A stretch of 55,155 bases of DNA, filler included, from Sphacelaria rigidula (lineage: Eukaryota), in the NCBI GenBank assembly GCA_964200075.2. It is 5 parts of 5 records of this genome, joined end to end, with 100 filler letters (N's around TTAATTAATTAA, not from the genome) between each part and the next. Parts side by side here need not be neighbours in the genome. Positions count along the whole stretch, not along the records: positions 11,053 to 22,003 come from CAXNAA020005631.1; positions 22,104 to 33,054 come from CAXNAA020005632.1; 3 more parts are not named here. One strand, written 5' to 3'. The position numbers were made by a program, and so were the translations under genes. The notes under the pieces were generated by a model. The model saw nothing but the letters and a program-made list of their open reading frames with translations, had not been told where the DNA came from and searched no databases. Below are positions 11,053 through 23,470 of the stretch, in pieces (within the stretch, counting starts at the first letter, position 1; every line of letters starts with the position of its first letter).

Positions 11053-11860
11053 GGGGTGCGGGGTCAATGGGCGAAAGACCAAGGGAAAACCCCAAAAGGT
11101 CCCCCCCCCCCCCCCCCCCAGCCCCCGCGCTACCGACGGGTGATAGAGGTGTTGTCCCGCCCGCCCCACCCTCGATGAGTACGCCCCCCCCACCCTCGAA
11201 GGGAGGTGAAGAGGTCAGCGCACTTCGAGAACCGCTTGGCGAAGCGCCGAGCGCTAAGGCTTCCTTGGTGTTAGCGTTAGGCTTCACAGCCTCACTCTCG
11301 CCCGGTTCTTGATCATTCTTGGGATCCCCCGGCGCCTTCGGTGCCAGAGTAGCTTTTTCTCTCGTTTAGGTCGATCTTACAATCAGCCGTCGGAGTCCCA
11401 TCGCCTCAAAGCACCCCTCCCAGTGCTACCGCTGCCCCTGCAACTGAACTCCGAGCTGCGTCACGGTCTTGCGCAGGAGGTCCTCGTGTGCATAGGCATG
11501 GGAACAGTAGAAATAGTTAATGTCAACGATTTGGGGGCTAGGTGGAGCCCCGGGGCGACGAGCACAGCATACGCTGATCCGAAGTCGTCGCTATCAGTCG
11601 GGTCTATACAGTGGGCGTACAGTTTCAGTACTAGCTTTGTATCGTTAATAGGTGGTGCTTTACCTGACATAAGATTTACCCGGTGTCCTCGACAAAAACC
11701 GGTGTAGATGTGACCTGCGTTTGCTGCTTGACCTCGCTGCAGAAGGTAGTGAAAGCCAACTGGTACGTGATCTATATCCTTCATGTGAATCACCACGGCC
11801 TTACTGTCAGATAGAAAGGCGAGGCTCCAATTTCCGCTCCCAACGATCGGGTAGATAGCA
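11053..11860 (-). mobile_element. Degenerate Ty1/copia pol fragment (post-protease region and GAG-pre-integrase-like segment; integrase core absent)
   Basis: YPIVGSGNWSLAFLSDSKAVVIHMKDIDHVP...; after a frameshift IVDINYFYCSHAYAHEDLLRKTVTQLGVQLQGQR*HWEGCFEAMGLRR, a decayed zinc-binding pre-integrase segment; stops and frameshifts. Confidence 0.75.
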
Positions 11861-12728
11861 CCGCCCGCACACCATAGTAACCACACACCCCGATCGATAC
11901 CCAAACCGCACACCCCGATCGATACAGGCTGTCAGCGTGCGCGTGCTGTTTCACAACCTGCTGTGTACACTGCACTATACTGCTGCTGCTAAGTAGTGCC
12001 ACAGTAAGGGTGCGCTTTTTGGGTTTTGGGGCTCTCTTTCTCGTAAAAGCGCAAGTATCTGGGGTTTACTGTGCAGCCCTGACCCCTTGGGGACCGGACT
12101 CCCAGAAACGTGGTGTTTGCGCGCAGGGGATTTTCCGTGTATCGGCATCATTTTCAGTTTATCTCAAGTAAAAATGATGCCGATTAACAAAATGGACCCT
12201 CCAACACCCCGAGCAGCCCCGAGTACCATTTTGACTAAAAACGTGCACCTCTACCGCGGCATCCCTCTGCTGCTGCTGCTGCCGCTGCTGTTGCTGCAGT
12301 GTGGACGGTCGGATGTTTGTGATGACATTTCACTAGAACAAGCAAGTCGCAATCAAGTGTCGTTACACCGTCAGATCGCAAATCCATCAATCGATGGACG
12401 CGTTGCGAGTTAGATAGCTGCTGCAGCCTGTTCGTGGTTTTGGCAACGATCCATTATAGAGAAGAAGATCGCTCTGTGCACTTGTCACGGACGGGACCGA
12501 GTTTGGTCTGCTTTGATCCCTCGAATGTTCCGCTTTATGCCCGTCCCGGTTCCGTGATGTCGATTCGTGTTCCGTCCAACTTGCAACAACGCAACAAAGA
12601 AATGCCGGGGTCTATCAGGCACATGACCTCAGATATTCCACCTTCAGGGCGGTCGAAAGGTGCCTTGGGTCGCTATCATTGTTGTTATCTTCACATTAAA
12701 ACCATCCTAATATTTGCCCAGTACCTTC

Positions 12729-12975
12729 GACACTTTGTACCATAGCCTCTGCCCAAAACCAGCTCAAACGTGTCACGAAAAAAATAGTCATACAGCGCCT
12801 GATCTCTGAGTTCAGGCTGCATGAAGTGCCTCATATGGGCGATATCGGCAAAAACGAACCCAAGCGTGGGAATTCCCAGCTGCTCGTTGTGCTCGGCTTT
12901 TCCCATTGCGATTCACGTGAGGATGTCGCCTCTCCAATCCAGGCACTTTTTTCGGGGGCTATCGTAGACAGTGTC
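12729..12975 (-). mobile_element. ~250-bp MITE family B
   Basis: TIRs GACACTTTGTACCATAGCC / GGCTATCGTAGACAGTGTC; flanked by CTTC on both sides; interior matches 20955-21208. Confidence 0.85.
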
Positions 12976-13699
12976 CTTCCAAATTCTGTACTGAGCATCT
13001 GATGTGGACGCATTTCGTCGTCATAGGCTAACAACCTCAAGTAAGGTGTGAGGATATCAAAGAAATAATAAAACAGGACCCATGAAGATCAAGACAGACG
13101 CGATACGATGGGGAAGACGGCATCATCAAAAACCTAGGAGATCCGATGTCGCGGCTAACATTCGGACTCAAGGAGATAGACCCAATCGCTCCTACTCGAC
13201 ACGCGAAGCTAAACAAGAATGAACCAAAATCAACACCCAGAGATCACCAGCCACCCATCAAAAGTCGCATGGTTCTGCCGTTGTACCCCTACTAGGCCGG
13301 GGTGTATTACCCGCCTAGTTTGCGCCGACCATGCCCTTTCCCCGCACATTTCTACACATGTGTTGAGGGTTTCAAAATCAAGACACACTCGTTACTTGTA
13401 TCGTCTACTCCAAGACAAAAACCAGGTATCCTACATCTCCATCATGCTGGAATATTTCATGTCGGGTTTTCACCGGCCAGACACCCCCCCGCTCTACGCA
13501 GACCCTTGAGGGACATCCATATGTATGAACATATTGGGCATAGGGTGCAGTGGAAGGGATACCTCAGCTAAAAAAAGAGAAAAACGAAGACATAGCGGGA
13601 TGGAGGGGGATTTCTGCAACCTCCGCCATACTCAATCCCATAAATATCTGGGTTCGAGACCACGGCTGGGCCCCTGGGGGGTCAGTTAAAGTGCGACAA

Positions 13700-15600
13700 T
13701 CACGTTCTGTCATCTCCTTCCTGCTCTCCTCGGCCGCACTTGTCTCCTTAGTGTGCCCCTTTCTTCGCTTATTCCCTGTTTCCCCCCCCGTGCGCAGTTA
13801 GTCGTCGTATCTGTTGTGCTGAGTTCTTTCTTGTCCCGTTTACTCGCTCGAAGGCGGCTGGCTTCCTCTTCGACCTCGTGCCATGATGTGCCATAATCCT
13901 CTCCGCTCCTCGCAGCACCCCGGCGAGCCACGGCATCCCCTCCTCGTACTTCGCTGCTTAGATCGGAGGGAGCTGTCGACTCCAAACTTTCGTCGGTTGT
14001 CGTCGGTAGAGCCGTCCGTGGCTCCGAGCGCTTGGAGATGGTCCCTTTGGCGTGTCAGTTAGTGCTGCTCCTGGCACAGTTTACCTAGATCCCCCCCCCC
14101 CCCCCTCCATCGCCACGATTCCCCGAACAGCAGTTGGCGTTGCCGGACGATGGCTTGAGCACTTTGATATCCGGTCTTCTTGAAGGCCGGAGCGTACAAA
14201 AGCTGTCGGTAGGTGCCACGCACGCGTTGATATCCGATAACTCGCGGAAGAAGCTGGCGGCGTACCCTTCTCAGTGTCCGATGATGCTCCCGGCGCGGAG
14301 TCCGCGTCATGCCCCCGTACGGTAGAACCTGCCTGCATAGCCTCTGCTTTCAGGAGTCGGACGTTGGGTCTCCACGGTGCTCTCGATCTGCCAAAGAGCT
14401 TCCAGGAGAACGTTCTGATGCACACCCACGCTACTCTGCTCCGGTGGTTGATTCCTGTGTAAGCTCGCCATCTTCGATGACGAGACCGCACAAGTATCGG
14501 GTTTGAGCGATCTGTGCGTCCTTCACATCGATGGTAGGGGAGTCAGTGATTGTGACGATAGTGTCTCATTCTTCTTCGGTAGTTTCTCCGGTACTCGCAT
14601 CAAGAGAGTCTCCGCCGTCTTCTCTGATACCGTCAGTCCAAAGGCCCCCAACACTCCCACGATGAGGGTTGTCATCCTCGCCAGGTCGGCGGATCCCGGG
14701 ACGGTACCGGCGTTGTTGATATATAGCATGACCCCACACCGCGCTCCGTACGGGTTCCAGTGGCGTCCCCGCCTCTCCGCCTCGAGGTATATCATGTTCT
14801 CGAGGATGACATCGTCCTCGCTCAATCGCACGAGGACGAGGTCGAGCGCCGCTGCGAAGAAGATGTTGAACACCGGTGGATACAGCACACGTCCTTTCCG
14901 CAGTCCCTCTGTGACTTCGAACCATCCGAAGAGCTCCCCGTCGTCCATGCGGATTCGGGCCTGCATACCGTCGTGGAAGTGGTGGATAACTGCGATAATT
15001 TCATCCGGAACTCCACACGGGCGAGTACCTTGCACTGAAGCTCTCGGTCGATCGAGTCGTAGGTCTATTCGAGCTCGACGAAGCACACGTGCAGCGGTAT
15101 TCTCCACCGCCGCCCCAGCGCCTGGAGTAGGAGCACTACGAACAGCATGTCGGCGGTGGATCGATCAGGCCGGAAACCCCTCTGTTTCTCCGGAAGAATC
15201 CCGTGGACTCCGCGGTAGTCGCTGAGGCGGTTGGCCACGATCTTCAGCATCGCGTTTCCTGCGAGCGAGACCATTGAGATCCCGCTGCAGTTGTTGCTTT
15301 TGGATCGGTCTGATTTCTTGTAGAACACTCGGATGATTGCGTCTTTCGGCTCCTACGGGACCTCCCCTCCGTTCTACACGTCGACGAGAATGGTATGGAA
15401 ACGTTCAAGAGCGATGGGTTCGGCAAGACCGTCGATCTCGAGTAGCTCTTCAGGGAAGGGGTGTTGTCCCGGACCGTTCCAGTTGCGCATTCCCCGGACT
15501 GCTCGTCTGGATTACACTCCGGCGTTGGTGCTGGCCCAAGCGTTGACGAATTTCCGGTGGGTGCTACTACTGGCCACTTCTTCGCCATTTGCAAATATGA
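13700..15600 (-). mobile_element. Dead non-LTR retrotransposon (RTE-clade-like reverse transcriptase), 5'-truncated
   Basis: FYKKSDRSKSNNCSGISMVSLAGNAMLKIVANRL..ILPEKQRGFRPDRSTADMLFVV; GVPDEIIAVIHHFHDGMQARIRMDDG..FEVTEGLRKGRVLYPPVFNIFF; MLYINN (decayed YADD); FGLTVSEKT; LLKAEAMQ; many stops and frameshifts. Confidence 0.92.
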
Positions 15601-15639
15601 TTCGCAATCCCGACGTCAGTCTACTTTCATAAAAAAATG

Positions 15640-16800
15640 TCCTTATCATTTTTCAGGATCCCGTGCTAGTTTGGAACAACCCTTGGTAGTAGGTGTTGTA
15701 CAGGGATCAGACGGTGTTCTCGCAAAAGACCATAAATATGCCTGGCGCAAAGCTCACAAATTCGTGCATAATTTCAAAACTATTTCGCCCTTCACTCGGT
15801 GGAAGGTGTGTGTTTGAGGTCATGAGACGGTACCGCATGTCTTGGACTCTATGTTCTCTCTCCACCCGTGAATCAGCAGTCTTTCGTGGGGCCGCAGATT
15901 TCCGGCGTGTTCGGGAGATCCGGAGGCTTGTAACCCCCAGCCGCAAGCTGATAACGCCTCGTGTGGTTCATGGAGGATATGGAAGAGTAAACCTCGCCCC
16001 CACGATTACTCATCCCAATTCAGCTCTACCCGGCTCACCTCCCCTAAACTCTAGTTTCGGACTGTCTACTGGTGTGGCGAGTAAGAGACGTCAAACGAGA
16101 TCATCAAGCGATGAATCACGTGAGTCTGAGCTTCGTACTTGGTCATTGATGACCCGACTACTTATGGCGTGAACAGTTGGTCGGAGTTGTTGTAGAGTAT
16201 CCTTAGTGCACGACCAGAAAACCTGTCTAAGCATGATGCCTGTCATAAGAGAGTTGAAGCGAGAGCCTTGTATTGTTGTACGAATCAAGTCGGTGATACG
16301 AACGGTCACATGTGATATCCATTCGGGGTATCAGATCTACCTGGGATCCATCTGGGATGTGGACGTCCATATCCCAGACGGAGGTTGCGCCCAAGGGCGT
16401 GATTGTAACCCTATAGCAGGAAATGAGATGCTTTCGAGTGCTTCTTCTCTGTGTTCACCTTCTTTTGCTCCAGCTTTGTACTTCCGTATCTGTGCACGAA
16501 AACTTGTCGTCAAAATTACCTTTGGATATCGAAACTCTGATCCACCTGAGCCAGATGTGGAATAGTCCGTTTTTTCAACTATATTATGTGCATTGTTGAT
16601 GCTGCTTTCAGTACTGTAATGACATTCCCTTCTTGATGTTGAGCTGGGAGCGCTTCCATTCGCGCCAACTTCGTATGAACCCAGCGAAGAATAGGTGTCG
16701 GTCTTTCGACGGACCCAACAGTCCGTCACTGTGCATCTCCGCCCCTACCTCCGCGTCCGTCCCTATTCTTACTCACGCGAAACTTTCCGATCGCAACGGT
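15640..16800 (-). pseudogene. Decayed intronless reading frame of unknown identity (possibly retroelement ORF1/gag)
   Basis: ORFs 16337-16729, 16091-16309 and 15707-15946 share one frame and are separated only by scattered stops. Confidence 0.4.
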
Positions 16801-17606
16801 TTTGAAGGTCCTAACATTCGCAGGAAAGGCCGGCCGCGCGTTGATGGCATCAGCCCGACCCCCAGTCCTGCCGCTCAACTCGCTTGAGGCTGATCTGCTG
16901 GAGCTTCAGCCGTTCCACTTTCGGAATGACGGACACCACGCAGTCGATCCCCCCAGGAGCGAAACGACTCCCGCGTCCTCTCTTGAGCGCGCGACCAGAC
17001 CCGCCTTGCTTGGTACTGAACAGGATGCGTCACAAGACGAACATGCCATAAAGGAAAGACAGGAGGGTAGTGAGGACAGTCATATAGGCGGGGACGACAC
17101 AGGGAAAACTTTTGACCGTGACATCAGCAGTACAGCGCCAGAAAATCAGCAGCAGAAACAGCAGGAGTCCCGACATCTTCGGCTATCGCCTCCGGAATAT
17201 GATATCTCAGGGCATCAAATATCGCCAGATGCAGGACGAGAACGCCATAGCAACCAGGGACAATCTCCAATGACCCAGAGTCACGCGATGGGGGGTGCGT
17301 ACTGGACCCGTAGCGTGTGGCGAGAAGGAGTCACACGCGACCAGCTACCCAGCGGTGGAAAACTGTTGGCTACATGGGGTGGAAGGCCCATAGCTCCGAT
17401 GGCAGGTGCGCTTATGACGCCTAAAGTTGATAACCGTAGTAAATAGGAAATGCGTGGGGGGGTGCTGTGACAGCTGCTACCCAGCGGGAGAAATCTCCTT
17501 GACCGAGCGTGGAGGACTGGGGGTGGGAAATTGGAAGTGACTCAATGTTTGCAGTGTGGATAGGCACGGAAGAGCTTGACCGTCGTTTTCATACTCCGCA
17601 ATCAGC

Positions 17607-19720
17607 GTGGGATTCTTGACAAATATTTATCGAACAATGTGTGCCTATGATAACCAGCCCATACAACACTTCACACAGCAAGCGTTTCTGTCGACATTCA
17701 ATACCCCGAGGTTTCCGCGAAATGCTCATGTCAGCAAGATCCATCAAGCATGGACCAGCCTTCGTACCCCTGCCGCTACCTGTACATATACTCAAAACCC
17801 AGACACCGTGGATACACCGCCCACCTCAGAAACACGAGCAAATAATGAAATCGTCAGCAGCGTGTACTTCAGGACGGCGGACGGGCGATCCCTATTCGCC
17901 GAATCACTTGCAACAGCTGTCGAACGCTCCTGCTGCGGCAGCAACCGTGTAGTGCACTCGGCGGATAGTCACGCTGGTGGGTTCGATTTGTCGAGCACCC
18001 TCGGTGCAACGGGGCTCTTTGGTGGAGTTGGGGTGGGTTTGGGTCTGGAGGCACGGCAGAGGAGAGCAAGGATTGACTCCAGGCACCGGGATCGAAAGCG
18101 GAAACAAGAGTCATATATTGCGAAGATGAAAGCGGAGCGTACGAACGATGAGGTATTAGTACTGTTCCTGTCGAGAAAAAACAGCTGCTCTCCATAGAAT
18201 CGCTCCTCGTGAGTAGTGGACTATGTTTTCAGCGATCAGTCCGTTTCGTACACTACGAAGACTTGCTGCCCATCATGGCCTTTCGGGCTACCGACGCAGC
18301 GTCCGCAGTCGTGCTTTGTGAATCTCCCCAGTGACGGTGGAGTGTGTGCGTCGTTCGAAGCTTTTGAAGGTGCCGGTTCCGAAGGATCACTTCATCCGCA
18401 TGCAGCACAATAAGCAGAACGGTTGAAATTTGTCTAAAGGCGACTTTACAAAAGCTTCGACACACTCATCTGTCCGCCGTGTAGGATCGATTCCGACACG
18501 AGGACAATGTCATACTCATGCTGATCGCCGGAGGAATCGGTCGACGTTCACCCTTGCTTGGTTTCTTCTGTCTGTTCTCTGGACGCGTAGGCAGCGTCTC
18601 GGCGAGCAGACAAAACCGCGCAACGACGGCTGGCGGCCGAACCGCAGGAAGACGCCGAGGGTGTCAACGACCGCGCGATGCTTTTTCTTCGCGCTGTGAT
18701 TCTGGCATCGTGGAATCGTGCCCTGCAAACGGTACTGAATAGAGCCGAAAAGCATCGGAAGGCTCTCAGGCGAGAGATGACGAGGGCTTTGCACAGCTTG
18801 CAACCGATCATTTTCAGGATAGAGGTCCTTGATCATGCATGGGACGGAATTTGGGGGGGGGGAGAGTACTAGCTGGTTATTAACGAGGCCGAGTCAGGCG
18901 GGATATATTTCCTCAAACAAAGCGTTGAGATTTCCCCGGAAGGTACACTTTGGTCTTCTTCGTGCAACAAACGCTGACTCACGGCATAAGAACTGCTCGA
19001 TGGAGACTCCTGTCCTCATGCCGCTCCGGATTCTGGTTACCTCGGTGACTCACAAGAGCCCGCCCGCTCGCATGTCACGCGTGCGAGGTGTGGCATGGTC
19101 GTGCGTAAAGAGATTGGTTCCCGAATGCGTAGCCTCATCACTGCAAGGACAGATTATCCAGCTACAGAGAGGGCACCTACGATTTGGCAGTTTTTATCAC
19201 TGTCTGACTTACAAACGCATCAACGGCGACGGTAGTTTGCAAATGTTGTGTTCGTACCCATGTACTTATTTGCCCAATCCGGTTGATGATCGCTGGACAT
19301 CGTCGAGATGGGTATAAACGCAATGCGTGTAGAACTACGACGACCATCCGCACAGTCTCACTACAATAGTGTAGATGTTTCCTCTAATGATATCTTGAAG
19401 TCGACTGAGAGACCAGTTTTCGAGGCGAGCGAGCAGCTGCATACATCGTGCAACCAAAAAATGAAGGGCGTGCTGATTATCAACCGGCTAAGGCAAATGG
19501 CCGCCTCGGCACCGCCAGAGCATTTTGATTTGACGAAATCTTCGCCCACGGGCTGGCGTAGGCTCTGGTCGACCGACCGTGGGTACGTTTCACTCGCCGC
19601 CCAAACTTGGACTCTGAAATCGCTTCAGGTCGGAGGTTGCGGCACAAAAATCGACAGTCACCCTTCAACGAGCGTGGAGGAACTTTCATCGACGGCGAAG
19701 TGGAGGCAACGCGGTAAGCC
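17607..19720 (+). pseudogene. Decayed intronless reading frame of unknown identity
   Basis: ORFs starting at 17607, 18216, 18678 and 19308 share one frame over ~2.1 kb with scattered stops. Confidence 0.45.
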
Positions 19721-19887
19721 CGCCCCGTGTAGCTGTGTACCTCGATTTTGTGCCAAATACCCTTTTTCGTGTAGATGTTTCGTTTCTTGCCTTCCTCGCG
19801 GGCTGTTTGAGTTATGGGTATGGACGGTATGCTCCTTGCACTCTGTGACTACGGGTTTGAGAGATCGAGCGAATATGACGGATATGA

Positions 19888-19937
19888 TATTACTACGACT
19901 ACGTCTACTACTACTACTATTACTACTACTAATGATA

Positions 19938-19972
<35 letters not shown>

Positions 19973-19990
19973 AATGATAATCATAATGAT
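19888..19990. repeat. Compound microsatellite (TAC)n-(GAT)n
   Basis: Direct read. Confidence 0.95.
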
Positions 19991-20954
19991 ACCAAGAAAC
20001 ACTGTTAACAGCCGTCAGGAGAAAGAAGACCAGTTGTTTTCTTGGCCCGTGAAAAGCGCCATCAACGGATACTCGTTCATCCGACTGAAGTGCAGTATAT
20101 GTACGTGTTTTGTGTAATGGCCGCCAACTTGCTTATAGCGTAATGTCTGTATTTCGAGCAATGCATTGCATATCGGATATCGATCCCACCGAACGGCGCC
20201 ATTCATCGTTTGGATAACAGCTAAATATGGCGATAGACGAGATCGATCGAAGGACGTACGTCATAAGTCGGCTTGGAAAGAACTTCGTCGTGTGCCGTCG
20301 TGCGCGCGTCGTCGCATTGCTGCGGTTGTGGCCGGAAGGCGAAGCCAGTATCAAGGTCGAGATGCGCACGGGGAAACGGATCAGGCGAGTTTTTTTGTCT
20401 TGGAAAAATGCGCAACGCCACGATAGATGTGAAAAATCATGGCGTGTAAGTGTACCGCACAAAGGGAGGCGACGCAAAAGGCTCCGTCTGGATAGTACGA
20501 CCAAACGATAACCCTTGACACACCCATGGATCTACAACATAAGCAAGAGGAAACTATGGCAAAAGTCGGGGGCGTGGGGGAGGTTGGTTTCCTGTCTACA
20601 CCGATGGCGGAAACGAGCCACCATAGAACCCGCCCGTCATTCGGATATGAGCAACATCTCGTCAACGCTACCAGCGGTGCGCAGGTGAATAGCCTAAGCT
20701 TTGTGCCGTGCATCATTTGCCTAACATGGTGAATGGTTCAACGATAGAGCGGGTGTGAAATTGCCGATCTCATCAGTGGGTTGACAACGAAGCGTGTTCG
20801 GGTAGCCAGGTGTTGAGCTGCAATAATGAACACGTTGGCGATGGTAACATAGCTCGGGAAGACATGTACCGATACCGCCAACGAAATGATCATGCCATCG
20901 TTACGGCCTGTTGCAGCTTCATGCTTATCACCAAATTTTGTGTCAGCAACAAAT

Positions 20955-21208
20955 GATACTTTCTACGATAGCCCCCCCCCCAAAGAAGTTCACGGTTTTG
21001 GGAGGCAAAATCTCAACGTAAATCGAAATGGGAAAGGCCGAACACAACAAGCAGCTGGAAATTCCCACGTTTAGGTTCGCTCTAACCAATGTCGCCAATA
21101 TGAGGTGCTTCATGCAGCCTGAACCCAAACATTAGGCGCTGTATGACCATTTTTTTTCGTGACACTTTCAGCCTGGTTTTGGGGGGGGGGGCTATCGTAG
21201 AAAGTGTC
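20955..21208 (+). mobile_element. MITE family B
   Basis: TIRs GATACTTTCTACGATAGCCCC / GGGGCTATCGTAGAAAGTGTC; flanks AAAT / GAAT. Confidence 0.9.
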
Positions 21209-21925
21209 GAATGCCTTCCGCACTACCTACCCTAAAGTCGCATGCATGGTATCATCTTGCCCGCAGCGACTAAACGAAGAGGGTGACATAGCCGGGTTAT
21301 TGTTGAAGACCATAGCGGTGGCGATAAGGGCGAAAAGGTACCTCGACCAATCAGTGCCCTTTAAATTGTTCTGAAATTGGCTCTTTCGAATTCCCAACCG
21401 AATTCCAGCCCAAATCTCTACATGCTTCAAATTGAAGTAAGCGGCGTCAGCTCGGGAATCTGGCGAGGATAAAAGCGAGTTGAAAACGATTATTATGGAA
21501 TCAAGTTATACCCCGAACCGTGGCATTTCGGTGATGTGGGGTCTCGGTATCGTCGGATTCCACTGATGATAGGCATCAAAGACCCCGAAAACCTCGTGGC
21601 AGTTTCTCTTGAACATGTCGTAGGAAAGCTCCGACTGCCCTCAAACTTGGCAGTTCGGTGGGTGCTGGTGCTCCAAGAGGACAGAATGTATGATTGAAAA
21701 ATATTTCATTTCGTTTTCGCTCTTTGCTGGCTTCCGGGATCCCAGCGCGAAACCCCCCGGAAGCCGGTACATAATTCCCCAAAAGAAAATCTAGCAGTAT
21801 GTATTTGCGGATGAGTGAACTTCGATTGATAACCGTGAACCAGGCTGTACAGTACGTCTCACCAACTTCTCGAAAAAAACCAAAAAGACAACGGTTACGC
21901 GCTCCAAAGGGGAAAACATTCTGGC

Positions 21926-21992
21926 ACCCCCCCCCCCCTCCCCCAGCCTGGTCCGGCGAGAACCCGGCGTGCTCCGTCCCGGCTTTGTAGGG
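21926..21992 (-). mobile_element. Repeat family A fragment at contig end
   Basis: C-run then AGCCTGGTCCGGCGAGAACCCGGCGTGCTCCGTCCCGGCTTTGTAGGG. Confidence 0.8.
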
Positions 21993-22003
21993 GCGGATCC
22001 CCT

Positions 22004-22103
22004 NNNNNNNNNNNNNNNNNNNNNNNNNNNNNNNNNNNNNNNNNNNNTTAATTAATTAANNNNNNNNNNNNNNNNNNNNNNNNNNNNNNNNNNNNNNNNN
22101 NNN
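22004..22103. other. Artificial contig linker
   Basis: Identical to 10953-11052. Confidence 0.97.
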
Positions 22104-23074
22104 GGGCGGGGGCGGGAGGCGGGGCGTACTCATTTGTTGCTTGCCTTAGTCATTTGACCATTGACTTTTGTGTCGGGGGACGAGTCGACACAAGAGGTTC
22201 TCCCCGGTTGTCAGCGAGTTGGTCAAAACGGTTGGCGACACAAAATCAAGACAGTGAACTATTCGCGATCTTGTCTCCATAAGAGATGGCCATGTGTGAT
22301 CTGAGATAAAATCGCCAAGTGTATATCAGTACTGTTGTACGCGGGAGAGTTAGTCCCAAAACTCGAGTGAGAAACAGTCAACGATACATTTTAGTCTCAC
22401 GTTATGGGACCAGCCTGTACATGTTCGACATGTGTAGAATATCTGCTCACCCTTGTACACATGTGTCCAACACACGCAGAATACCTCTTTATGGTGAAAC
22501 AGCTTGCTCAAATGTATGCAGATATTTTGGCAGTGAGGGATACCCTGCCCCCAAACCAGCCCCCAAACTGCCATGAAGAAAATGTCCATATCGCGCATAG
22601 CTGTTCCGGATTTATCGGTTATTGTCCAGTCGAGTAGACTTCATGTGTCATACTCTTGCTTTGTTTAGCCCGACAGGTCATGGGCCATTTCCTGAGTTTG
22701 GTTGGTTTCCAGGTTTTGTCTGACCCTAGGCGCCCACAGTCTTTTGAGAATTCTTCTCAAACCGCGACTAGCAGCTACTAGCCTGTTGCCGATAATACAA
22801 GAAGCATCAACGCCATCACGGACTGCGATATCAGAGGAGTCTCTGGTCTTCTCAAAATGTACGCCTGTCTTTCATGCAACATATGTTGTCCTGCCGCCTA
22901 CGCGGTTCACGGGCATGCCGCCTGACGACTGGTGACCGTTGGCTGACTCTACACTTGTTAAAGTCGAGCTCAATGGATTCGATACCCATGATGGTGTATG
23001 GGCCCGATAGCCCTGGTGCCCATGAACTGTCATCTTTCCCACCTAGGCGATAATCATCGAACCATGACATAACA

Positions 23075-23239
23075 GCCGGTTTCAGACTGCATGAAACGCC
23101 TCATACGGCCGTCATTTGCAAAAACGCTTGCAAGGGTGGGAGTTCCCAACGGCTCGGTGTGCTAGGCTTTCGCCATTTTGATTCACATGTAGATTTCGCC
23201 TCTTCAAACAGGCTACTTTCCTGGGGGGGGGGGGCTATC
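23075..23239 (-). mobile_element. MITE family B, partial copy
   Basis: CTGCATGAAACGCCTCATA..GCAAAAACG..GTGGGAGTTCCCA..GATTCAC..GGGGGCTATCG matches 12815-12964. Confidence 0.75.
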
Positions 23240-23254
23240 GCGGCATCAGTCCAG

Positions 23255-23470
23255 TTTAGAATAAATTTCCCGAATGTTATCAGATATCAGAGTTCAGAGC
23301 AAGTGTCCCAATCGCTGTCCGATATCTGATTTTGGAACAAATTTCCCGACCGTTGTCAGATATCTGAGTTCAAGACAACCTTCCCAAACATTTTTAGATA
23401 GCTTCGAGTCGAAAAGAACTGTTTTCAGGAGGGTTCTACAAATGATGTTTGCAGTACTGAAGATCATCTT
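23255..23470. repeat. Degenerate ~40-bp minisatellite
   Basis: Recurrent GTTGTCAGATATCTGAGTT..AGAACAA..TTCCC; related to 24320-24630. Confidence 0.65.

Noticed and set aside
14503-15225. 240-aa plus-strand ORF
   Set aside because: Antisense shadow of the reverse transcriptase
19658-20117. ORFs with poly-Leu/Met/Ile/Asp runs as proteins
   Set aside because: They are translations of the (TAC)n-(GAT)n microsatellite
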